The position numbers and the translations under genes were made by a program. A stretch of DNA of 64,000 nt from Sedimenticola sp. (GTDB taxonomy: Bacteria > Pseudomonadota > Gammaproteobacteria > Chromatiales > Chromatiaceae): positions 88,475 to 152,474 of the forward strand of contig NZ_JBNKFS010000005.1 in NCBI RefSeq assembly GCF_050289425.1. Reading direction: 5' to 3'. Shown piece by piece: positions 19,429 through 27,666 of this stretch; position 1 is the first letter of the stretch; each line of letters begins with the position of its first letter. The notes under the pieces were generated by a model that made no database searches, was not told the origin of the DNA, and saw nothing but the letters and a program-made list of their open reading frames with translations.

Positions 19429-19734
19429 GTGAGTTGTTCCCCACCCATCACGTGGAGTAGGAGGCGGTTGGCGGGAGTAATTGCGGTGATGATTCTGTTT
19501 TTGGCTGTATTCGCCTGGTGGTCAATGTTGCCGCGAACACCTCGGGAGTTGTTTCTGGCGCGTTGCTCCAGTTGCCACGAATTGCGAATTGCGCGCCTAT
19601 GCGAATTTGAACCGGCGTTGCGGCCAGCCATTGTTGAAGTGATGCGCCGTGAACACGGCGCCGACCAGGTAATCAGTGACGAGGAAGCGCTGGCTATCCG
19701 GGACTACCTGAAGGAAAGCCTTATATGTCCATGA
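19429..19734 (+). CDS. Small membrane-anchored monoheme cytochrome c
   Basis: N-terminal TM helix, CSSCH, distal Met, EA..I..YL ending; start uncertain. Confidence 0.65.
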   Translation: MSCSPPITWSRRRLAGVIAVMILFLAVFAWWSMLPRTPRELFLARCSSCHELRIARLCEFEPALRPAIVEVMRREHGADQVISDEEALAIRDYLKESLICP

Positions 19735-20801
19735 ATAATTCAAACCCATTGCTGCCAGATCCAGATATTGAGGAACGGGTGCTGGCGGCCTTGTGTCGGA
19801 TCAGTATCAGTGACGGCGGTCCGGATGTGGTGACAGCCGGCCAGGTGTATGACGTGGTGGCCACGGGCGGCGCGGTACGGGTGCTGCTCGACCCGGCGCA
19901 TCTTTCCGGGGATCTGCAGGAGGCGCTGGCCGAGGCGATCATGCCGCTGGTGGAGTCCCTGCCGGGGGTCGAGCGTGCCGTGGTCAAACCGCGTCCGCGC
20001 TCCATCGCACAACGCGACTCCCTGCCGGGCATTCGCCATGTGGTGGCGGTGCACAGTGGCAAGGGTGGGGTGGGCAAATCGACCCTCACGGTCAATCTGG
20101 CCGTGGCGCTGGCGCAGCAGGGTTATGCCGTGGGTTTGCTGGACGCGGATGTCTACGGCCCCTCGGCACCGACCCTGCTGGGGGTGAGCGGACGTGCCGA
20201 GACCACGGCCAAGGGTGACCGGATCGAGCCCCGGGAGGCGTTCGGCGTGCGCATGATGTCGCTCGGACTGCTGCTGCCCGCGGAGCAGGCGCTGATCTGG
20301 CGCGGTTCCCTGATCGATCAGGGGCTGCCGCAGCTGTTTCACGATGTTGCCTGGGGCGAGCTGGATATCCTGCTGGTGGATCTGCCGCCGGGGACCTCAG
20401 ATGTGCATATCGCGGTGGCACAGAGCGTAGCGCTATCCGGAGTGATCACGGTGACCTCTCCCGGCCAGGTGGCGATCGACGACGTGCAACGCGGGCTGGA
20501 GATGTTCGCCGACCTGGCGGTCCCGTGCCTGGGGCTGGTGGAGAACATGGCAGGGGTCTCCTGTCGCAGTTGTGGCCATGTGGGCGCGCTGTTCGGGGCG
20601 GGCGGAGCGATGGAGCTCGCCGAGCTGACCGGTCTGCCACTGCTGGCCACTCTGCCGTTCATGCCGCGGGTGGCCGTGGGCTCGGACGACGGTGTGCCGG
20701 TAGCGCGGGAACAGGGCGGCGTAGGGGCGCCGTTTCATAAATTGGCCGGACAGATTGCCGCCGGCCTGAAACTGGAACAAACGCTGGAGGTAGTGGTATG
20801 A
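19731..20801 (+). CDS. Mrp/ApbC/NBP35 Fe-S carrier ATPase, copy 1 (with N-terminal DUF59-like domain)
   Basis: SGKGGVGKST, DADVYGPS, DLPPGTSD, VENM..CRSC. Confidence 0.9.
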   Translation: MNNSNPLLPDPDIEERVLAALCRISISDGGPDVVTAGQVYDVVATGGAVRVLLDPAHLSGDLQEALAEAIMPLVESLPGVERAVVKPRPRSIAQRDSLPGIRHVVAVHSGKGGVGKSTLTVNLAVALAQQGYAVGLLDADVYGPSAPTLLGVSGRAETTAKGDRIEPREAFGVRMMSLGLLLPAEQALIWRGSLIDQGLPQLFHDVAWGELDILLVDLPPGTSDVHIAVAQSVALSGVITVTSPGQVAIDDVQRGLEMFADLAVPCLGLVENMAGVSCRSCGHVGALFGAGGAMELAELTGLPLLATLPFMPRVAVGSDDGVPVAREQGGVGAPFHKLAGQIAAGLKLEQTLEVVV

Positions 20802-21745
20802 GCCGGTTGCCCGCATTCCCGATCCCGGTACGGATCAACCCGGCGCGGACCGGGCCGGCATCCGCCGAGGAAACCTCGGCCTGGTATGCCGAACCCCAGG
20901 TGGCGGTCGCCGGGATCGAGGATATTGTCCTGGTCGCCAGTGGCAAGGGCGGGGTGGGCAAATCCACCGTCACCGTCAACCTGGCCTGTGCTTTGGCCCG
21001 GGCTGGCAAGCGTGTCGGCATCCTCGACGCCGACCTCTACGGCCCGTCGATCACCCGTATGATGGGTACCGACCGGGCGCTTCCGGTCGATGACGAGGGG
21101 CGCACCCTGCCGGTGGAGAATCACGGCGTCTGGACGGTGTCGGTGGGCAATGTGCTGCCGCCCGAGGCGGCGCTGGTGTGGAAGGGGCCGCTGGTAACCC
21201 AGGCACTGACCCAGATGTTCCACGATATCGCCTGGCCAGAGCTGGACATCCTGCTGGTGGACCTGCCGCCGGGTACCGGCGATGTGCCGCTGACCATCCT
21301 GGAACAGATCCCCGTCAGCGGGGCGCTGCTGGTGACCACGCCGCAGAAACTCTCGATCGTCGATGCCGCCCGCGGCATCGCCCTGTTCCATGATCTCGAT
21401 ATCCCGGTGTTCGGCCTGGTGGAGAACATGAGCAGCTATATCTGCCCCTGCTGCGGCGAGGCGCAGGCGTTGTTTCCGGACGGCACGGCGGCGTCCCTGG
21501 CGCGGCGCAAATCGGTGAGGTTTCTCGGTGACATCCCGCTCGATCCGGAAGGACAGCTACTCGCCGACGGCGGCACACCGCTGGTGGTGAGCCGCCCGCA
21601 GGGGGCGGTTGCGCAACATTTTGTCGCTGTCGCGGCGGAGGTGGTGAGTGCGGTCGAGCGGGAGCGCGCCTTCCGGGCGCGGGACAGCGATGAGCAACTG
21701 CGCGCCGAGCACGAGGCCTTCTGGGAAAATTTGCTGGGTGATTGA
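20798..21745 (+). CDS. Mrp/ApbC/NBP35 Fe-S carrier ATPase, copy 2 (no N-terminal domain)
   Basis: SGKGGVGKST, DADLYGPS, DLPPGTGD, TTPQ, VENMS..CPCC. Confidence 0.9.
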   Translation: MSRLPAFPIPVRINPARTGPASAEETSAWYAEPQVAVAGIEDIVLVASGKGGVGKSTVTVNLACALARAGKRVGILDADLYGPSITRMMGTDRALPVDDEGRTLPVENHGVWTVSVGNVLPPEAALVWKGPLVTQALTQMFHDIAWPELDILLVDLPPGTGDVPLTILEQIPVSGALLVTTPQKLSIVDAARGIALFHDLDIPVFGLVENMSSYICPCCGEAQALFPDGTAASLARRKSVRFLGDIPLDPEGQLLADGGTPLVVSRPQGAVAQHFVAVAAEVVSAVERERAFRARDSDEQLRAEHEAFWENLLGD

Positions 21746-21758
21746 TCGAGGTGAGGTT

Positions 21759-22511
21759 ATGAGCGAAGAGACCAAACTGTTTGTACAGTACCGGCCTGAA
21801 AACGCAGATTCGGAACCGGAGACGCCCGCCTGGTTGAGCGGTGCCGACGCGCTGGTGATGGACCCCTGTGGCTGCACTCCGGAGCGCTTTGCCGAACTGC
21901 CGGTGGAGACGGCCCTGTTACTGGGCGGCGATCCAGAACGGGACGCGGGCTGGTTGGAAGTCAGCCGCTGCTACTGGGTCTGCGCGGAGGGGCTGGAGGA
22001 GACCGCCCGCCGGCGCGAACGCTGGCCGGGGCTCAACTGGGTGCCGCAACTGACGGTGTACAAGGTGGCCACCAGCTACCGTTTCTCCGGCCCCGCGATC
22101 GGCGAGGGGTTCTCCTTCTACATGCCGGACACCGCGGCGATCCAGGGTTGGCGGGTGACCGACGCGGACCGTTCGCTGGCCGAGGCGATCACCCGCGCCA
22201 CCGAACTGGGGTTCGCCAGCCTCTGGCTCCATTCCGAGCAGGCCGAGACCCGCGGCAAGGGACTGGACCTGGAGATGCTGGAGAAGGCCCGTGGCGGTCC
22301 GCTGGCGATCTGGATCTCCGGCGGCGCTGTGGAGCGGCGCCACCTGGGCAACCTGGCCAGGGCGGGCGGCGCGGCGGCGGTAGTGGTGGCCGATACGCTG
22401 GCGCGGGAGGCGGGCGTGGCGCGCCTCAGGCAGGCATTGATAGCGTCGGTTCCCCTGCGGGATTATCCGATTCATATTGCATCCAGGGAAGCCGAAGCAG
22501 GACATTTGTGA
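21759..22511 (+). CDS. Hypothetical protein with a HisA/HisF-like C-terminal half-barrel
   Basis: RBS GAGG; GW..., GKGLDLEML, IWISGG, AAAVVV resemble the C-terminal half of HisA/HisF. Confidence 0.55.
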   Translation: MSEETKLFVQYRPENADSEPETPAWLSGADALVMDPCGCTPERFAELPVETALLLGGDPERDAGWLEVSRCYWVCAEGLEETARRRERWPGLNWVPQLTVYKVATSYRFSGPAIGEGFSFYMPDTAAIQGWRVTDADRSLAEAITRATELGFASLWLHSEQAETRGKGLDLEMLEKARGGPLAIWISGGAVERRHLGNLARAGGAAAVVVADTLAREAGVARLRQALIASVPLRDYPIHIASREAEAGHL

Positions 22512-22564
22512 GACTGGAGCCTAGCGCCCGGACAAGAATCGTTCCGTGGTTCAGGGGCGGCAGA

Positions 22565-23050
22565 ATGCGGGAACGTAAACTTGTGCGGGTCCTTACCCTG
22601 ATCAGCATCCTGCTTGCGCTGCTGGGCTCGGGCGATGCGTCGGCGCGCTGGCCGAACGTGAGTGCACAACAGTTGCTGGCCTGGTTGAATGATGTCGACC
22701 CGCCGCTGATTCTGGATGTGCGCGGGCGTGCCGACTACCGCGCCGGTACCATCGCCGGGGCGCTGGATGGCGGCGTGGAGCCGCGTGGTTATCTGGCGGA
22801 CGGCAGTGGCGGACGCCTGGTGCTGTTATTACCGGCGTGGGCTGACGAGCGGCTCATCGACGCCTGGTTTGCGCGGCTCACCGATGCCGGCCATCGGGTG
22901 TGGATACTGCAGGGTGGCCTGCCGGCCTGGATTGCGGCCGGCGGTGTGACGGAAGTACCGGACTTCAGCTATATCCGGCCCGGCAGCGTCCCGTTCCTGA
23001 TTCCCCGGGGGCTGTGCGAGGGGGGCGAACCGTCCCAGATTTTCGAATGA
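22565..23050 (+). CDS. Exported single-domain rhodanese-like protein lacking the canonical active-site Cys
   Basis: Signal peptide, LILDVR..DY.AGTIAGA, ILQGGLPAWIAAG; the only Cys is in C-terminal PRGLCE. Confidence 0.72.
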   Translation: MRERKLVRVLTLISILLALLGSGDASARWPNVSAQQLLAWLNDVDPPLILDVRGRADYRAGTIAGALDGGVEPRGYLADGSGGRLVLLLPAWADERLIDAWFARLTDAGHRVWILQGGLPAWIAAGGVTEVPDFSYIRPGSVPFLIPRGLCEGGEPSQIFE

Positions 23051-23898
23051 AATGGTTGCTCGTCTGGCTGTGCATGCTGCCCCTGTCGGCCCAGGGTGGG
23101 CCGGCGTATCCGCACGACCCGGGGCAGCCCTGTGCCGATTGCCATGCCCGGCAGCAGCGCGAGTTTCAGCAGAGCCGTATGGCCGTGGCGGCCCACACTG
23201 CGACCTTCCTCGACGAATGGCGGCAACAAGGGGAGCCGGCGACCTGTCTCGACTGCCACGCGCCCACCGGTGCGGCGGGGGTGGCCTGCACCGATTGTCA
23301 CGGCACGGCCGGGCACCCCTATGCGCGGGTGTCGGTACCGGCGGTCTGTGCCCGTTGCCACGATGCACCCGGCGAGATCACCCTGCGCAGCTACCGCAAC
23401 GGGCCGGCGGCGCGGCGCGGCGAGGCCTGCCCGGACTGTCACCTGCCTGAAGCGGGCAGCCACGATTTTCGCGGACCGGCCCGGCCCGGTTTTCTTCGGG
23501 GCATCGCCACGCTGGGCGTCAGCATCCGGCGTGATATTGGGGGGGACACCGCGCTGTTGCGCATCCGCCATCGGGCCGGCCATGCCCTGCCGGGGGGGAC
23601 CACCGGCCGTGCGGTCTGGCTTCTGGTGGATCAGCACGATGCGTCAGGCGGGGTGGTGGCCGAGCGTCAATACCGCTTCGGATGGCTGCACTCCCCAACG
23701 ACCGGATGGCGGGAGAACAGCCTGCCGCCGGGCATTGGCAAAGTGGTCGAGGTGCCGCTGCATACGGCCGCCCGGCAGATTCGTGTTAAGCTGATTTATC
23801 GCTTCCGGGCGGGAGCGCTGGAGCTGGTCGATCCCGAGCAGGTGGTACTGGTTGAGCAGGCACGCTCAGTGTCATCCGGGTTGGAGTGGGCACAATGA
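23047..23898 (+). CDS. Exported pentaheme cytochrome c
   Basis: Signal peptide; CADCH, CLDCH, CTDCH, CARCH, CPDCH; AGHALPGG in the C-terminal domain; ATGA overlap. Confidence 0.85.
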   Translation: MKWLLVWLCMLPLSAQGGPAYPHDPGQPCADCHARQQREFQQSRMAVAAHTATFLDEWRQQGEPATCLDCHAPTGAAGVACTDCHGTAGHPYARVSVPAVCARCHDAPGEITLRSYRNGPAARRGEACPDCHLPEAGSHDFRGPARPGFLRGIATLGVSIRRDIGGDTALLRIRHRAGHALPGGTTGRAVWLLVDQHDASGGVVAERQYRFGWLHSPTTGWRENSLPPGIGKVVEVPLHTAARQIRVKLIYRFRAGALELVDPEQVVLVEQARSVSSGLEWAQ

Positions 23899-23992
23899 CG
23901 GATGGGTTGAGGGGTAACGACATGACTCATCAAACAGTCGGTGCGTCGCCTTGTGGGGGGCGCGACACCGGATTGCCGGACGGTGTCGTAAC

Positions 23993-24853
23993 ATGACCGT
24001 TCCGCGGACAACCGTCCAGGGGCTCCTGCTGATCGCCTGCCTGCTGCTGGCGGGAAACGCGATGGCCGAAGCGTCGAAAACCTACCGTATCGGCCTGACG
24101 GCGGTGATCCTCACCGACCAGACTTCATTCCTTAAAGCGTGGCGGGATTATCTCTCCGACCGGCTACAACGCCCGGTGCAGTTTGTGCAGCGCCAGACCT
24201 ATCAGGAGGTGACGGACCTGCTGTTGAGCGGGGACCTGGATGCGGCCTGGACCTGTGGCTACCCCTATGTACGTCATCGGGATCAGCTGAAATTGCTCGG
24301 TGTCCCCCTGTTCGATGGACAGCCGTTGTATCGTGCTTATCTGATCGTTCCTGTCGGGGATACCTCGACCCGGGGAATGGGCGATCTCAAGCACAAGGTG
24401 TTCGCCTATTCCGACCCGGATTCCAATTCCGGTTATCTCTATCCGCAGGTCAATCTGATCGGGGAAGGGATCGATCCGCGCCACTTCTTCTCCAAGAGCT
24501 TCTTCACCTGGGCGCATCGGGATGTGGTCAAGGCGGTGGCCGATGGGGTGGCGCAAGGTGGCTCGGTGGACGGCTATGTGTGGGAGACGCTGTCCCTGCA
24601 TGAACCGGCGTTGACAGCCGGCACCCGCGTGGTGACCCAGTCACCGCTGTTCGGTTTTCCTCCGCTGGTGGTGCGCAAGGATATCGATCCGCAACATTTT
24701 TACGCCCTGAGAAACGCCCTGCTGAACATGGCATCCGACAGCGAGGGGAGGCGGCTGTTGCGACAGCTGAATCTCGACGGCTTCAGCGAGGGTGAGGATG
24801 CCCTGTTCGACGGCGTCGCCGCGTCGGTGCGGATACTGGAGGGGGCGGAATGA
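23993..24853 (+). CDS. PhnD-fold periplasmic oxyanion-binding sensor (AioX/ArxX/ArrX-like)
   Basis: QRQTYQE, DAAWTCGYPYV, FAYSDPDSNSGY, VDGYVWE, FGFPP; overlaps the kinase gene; no ABC permease nearby. Confidence 0.82.
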   Translation: MTVPRTTVQGLLLIACLLLAGNAMAEASKTYRIGLTAVILTDQTSFLKAWRDYLSDRLQRPVQFVQRQTYQEVTDLLLSGDLDAAWTCGYPYVRHRDQLKLLGVPLFDGQPLYRAYLIVPVGDTSTRGMGDLKHKVFAYSDPDSNSGYLYPQVNLIGEGIDPRHFFSKSFFTWAHRDVVKAVADGVAQGGSVDGYVWETLSLHEPALTAGTRVVTQSPLFGFPPLVVRKDIDPQHFYALRNALLNMASDSEGRRLLRQLNLDGFSEGEDALFDGVAASVRILEGAE

Positions 24854-26289
24854 AAATCGGCGATATTAGCTACCGACTGAAGGTGCCCCTGATGTTCACC
24901 CTGGTGATCCTCATCACCGCCAGTGTGGTGACACTGGCACTCACCTGGCGCGCCTACGAGGAGTTGCGCGAAGAGGTGTTCAACAACGCGGTGGAGATCG
25001 GCAGCGTGTTGTCCAATAGCCTGCCCAACGCCATGCTGCACGACGACCTGTGGGGGGCCTACCGGTTGGTCCAGGCGGCCGAGGGCTGGTCTGGGGAGAC
25101 TTCCAGCCGGCTGCTGGTGGTGCTCGACCGGGATGGACGCATCTATGTCTCCAACAGTCCCAAGGAGCTGGCGGTGACCACACCGCTGCGGGTGCACAGC
25201 GCGGAGCTGGCGCGGGTCGAGGCGGAAGTGTTGCGGCTGACCGGCGATCTGAACCCGCGCCCCTACGAGTATCCCAATGACCGGCGCCTCTATGTGATTC
25301 TGCCGATGCTGAGTGATGGTGTCGCTATGGGTACCCTGGTGATCGGCTACGACCGGGCCTTGTTTTGGCCCCGATTTACCGCCATTGTCGAACGGGTGGT
25401 GATTTCCGCCCTGCTGGTGACGGTACTGCTGCTGCCGCTGGGTTGGTACCTGGGCAATCGAATGGTAAAGCCACTGGGTCACCTGGCCCGCTGCATGTCC
25501 AAGGTGGGACGTGGCAGTAGCGAGGAGATCGTCTGCGACCTGCGTCAGGGCAAGGACGAGATCGGTCAGCTGGGCATCAGTTTTCAGCAGATGCTCGGGG
25601 AACTGGACGAGAAGGAGCGCCTGGAGTCCGGTATGCTGGCCTCGGAACGGCTCGCCGCGGTGGGTCGTCTGGCTGCGGGCGTGGCCCACGAGATCAACAA
25701 CCCGCTGGGGGGCATGCTCAATGCGCTTAACACCTTCCGGCGCTACAGCGAGACCGACGACCTCGGCCGGGAGACCTTCGATCTGGTAGAGCGCGGCCTG
25801 CAGCAGATCCGCGAAACCGTCTCCGCGCTGCTGGTGGAGGCCAATCCACGCAGCCACAGTCTGAGTCCCACGGATATCAATGATGTGCGCATGCTGCTAT
25901 TGGCGGATGTCAGCCGCAAACAGATCAACCTGGTGTGGCATAATCGGTTGAATAACGAGATCGCGTTACCCTCGACACCGATTCGCCAAGTGCTGATCAA
26001 TCTGTCGCTGAACGCGGTGCAGGCCTCGCCCGACGGCGGTTCGGTACACTGCTCGGTGGAGAGTCGGCAGGGACTGCTGCATATCCGCGTGATCAATGAG
26101 GGACCGAACATCTCCCGGGAGAGCCTGCTGAGCCTGTTCGAACCCTTCTCGGAGAACGCCACCGGCAACGGTCTGGGTCTTTGGGTGACCTATCAGTTGG
26201 TGCATCAACTGGAGGGCAATATTGAGGTAAAATCCCGGGATGGTAAGACGCAATTCGCCGTGGAACTGCCGATAAAGGAGCCGCAATGA
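24850..26289 (+). CDS. Membrane sensor histidine kinase with HAMP (AioS/ArxS-like position)
   Basis: Two TM segments, KDEIGQL HAMP, AHEINNPLGG, NAVQA, GLGLWV. Confidence 0.92.
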   Translation: MKIGDISYRLKVPLMFTLVILITASVVTLALTWRAYEELREEVFNNAVEIGSVLSNSLPNAMLHDDLWGAYRLVQAAEGWSGETSSRLLVVLDRDGRIYVSNSPKELAVTTPLRVHSAELARVEAEVLRLTGDLNPRPYEYPNDRRLYVILPMLSDGVAMGTLVIGYDRALFWPRFTAIVERVVISALLVTVLLLPLGWYLGNRMVKPLGHLARCMSKVGRGSSEEIVCDLRQGKDEIGQLGISFQQMLGELDEKERLESGMLASERLAAVGRLAAGVAHEINNPLGGMLNALNTFRRYSETDDLGRETFDLVERGLQQIRETVSALLVEANPRSHSLSPTDINDVRMLLLADVSRKQINLVWHNRLNNEIALPSTPIRQVLINLSLNAVQASPDGGSVHCSVESRQGLLHIRVINEGPNISRESLLSLFEPFSENATGNGLGLWVTYQLVHQLEGNIEVKSRDGKTQFAVELPIKEPQ

Positions 26290-27611
26290 CCGAGTCTCCG
26301 CGCCTGTGCCTTGTTGAAGATGACGCCATCATGCGCGCCTCCCTGTGTCAGCGCTTCAAACTCGAGAGCATCGATTGTGACTGTTTTATTCATGCCGGCG
26401 AAGCCGTGGACGCGCTGGGGCGGCGCGATTACGCGGCGCTGATCAGCGATATCCGCCTTCCGGACTTGAGCGGCGAGGAGCTCTACGCCCGTCTTCTCGA
26501 ATCCGGTCAGTTGCCGCCGCCGACCATTTTTATCACCGGCTACGGGACCATCGACCAGGCGGTACGCCTGCTCAAGCTGGGTGCCAGCGACTACATCACC
26601 AAGCCCTTTGACCTCGACGACCTGCTGCTCAAGCTGCGCGAGGTGTCGCCCTCGCTATTCGAGGATATGCATGAGGGGAGCGCCGAGTTGGGCGTATCCC
26701 CGATAATGCGCCAGCTCAAAAACACCCTGGACCGCCTGGCGGCGCACCGGGTCGATCTGCTGATCACCGGCGAATCCGGCGTCGGCAAGGAGTACGCGGC
26801 ACGCTATTTTGCTGGGCGCTGCGACCAGGGCTCCGGGCAGCCGTTCATCGCCATCAACTGTGCCGCGCTGCCGGAGGATCTGCTGGAGGCCGAGCTGTTC
26901 GGCCACGTCAGAGGGGCCTTTACCGGCGCCACCAAGAGCCGCCGCGGGATGTTCGAGCAGGCCAGTGGCGGGGTGCTGTTTCTCGACGAGGTGGGAGAGA
27001 CCTCGCCCCGCATGCAGGCCAAGTTGCTGCGAACCATACAGGAACGGGTGGTGCAGCCGATCGGCAGCGAGGAACATATCCCGGTAGATGTGCGCCTGGT
27101 GTATGCCACCAACCGGGATCTGAAGGCGATGGTGGATCGCGGGGAGTTTCGCGAGGATCTCTATTTCAGGATCAACGTGGCGCACGTGCACATCCCGCCC
27201 CTGCGCGAGCGCAAAGAGGACATCCTCTGGCTGACCCATCGGATCGTGGAGGACTATTTCCATGAACACAAGGTGCGGCGCCTGATCCTGCCGTTGACCG
27301 AGCGCTACCTGGAGGCTCAGCCCTGGCCCGGCAACCTGCGCGAATTGGCCAACGCGGTGGAACGTGCTTGCATCCTCTCGCCCCAGGAGGTACTCGGTCC
27401 CAGGGAGTTCGGCGCCTCCGGGGAGGAGCCGCTGCTTTCGGCCGGGCAGCTCTCGTTGAAGGAAGCCATGGAGCATTACGAGGCGCGACTGCTGCGGGAG
27501 ACCCTGGAGCACCATGAATGGCGCATCGTCGAAACCGCGCAGAGTCTTGGCATCAGCCGCAAGAACCTATGGGAGAAGATGAAGCGCCACGGAATATCGC
27601 AAAAGGATTAG
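26286..27611 (+). CDS. Sigma54-dependent response regulator (NtrC/AioR-like)
   Basis: REC domain; GESGVGKE, GAFTGA, FLDEVGE, FREDLYFRI, WPGNLREL; Fis-type HTH. Confidence 0.95.
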   Translation: MTESPRLCLVEDDAIMRASLCQRFKLESIDCDCFIHAGEAVDALGRRDYAALISDIRLPDLSGEELYARLLESGQLPPPTIFITGYGTIDQAVRLLKLGASDYITKPFDLDDLLLKLREVSPSLFEDMHEGSAELGVSPIMRQLKNTLDRLAAHRVDLLITGESGVGKEYAARYFAGRCDQGSGQPFIAINCAALPEDLLEAELFGHVRGAFTGATKSRRGMFEQASGGVLFLDEVGETSPRMQAKLLRTIQERVVQPIGSEEHIPVDVRLVYATNRDLKAMVDRGEFREDLYFRINVAHVHIPPLRERKEDILWLTHRIVEDYFHEHKVRRLILPLTERYLEAQPWPGNLRELANAVERACILSPQEVLGPREFGASGEEPLLSAGQLSLKEAMEHYEARLLRETLEHHEWRIVETAQSLGISRKNLWEKMKRHGISQKD

Positions 27612-27666
27612 GGTGTCCCACTTGGCCATCGGGCAGAAACGGTTGTTCTAGGGCCAGATATGTTTG

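Noticed and set aside
18041-23050. Extended N-termini given by the ORF track (18041, 21648, 22148, 22900)
   Set aside because: They overlap upstream genes; later ATGs with an RBS, ATGA coupling or a following signal peptide (18260, 21759, 22565, 23047) are more plausible
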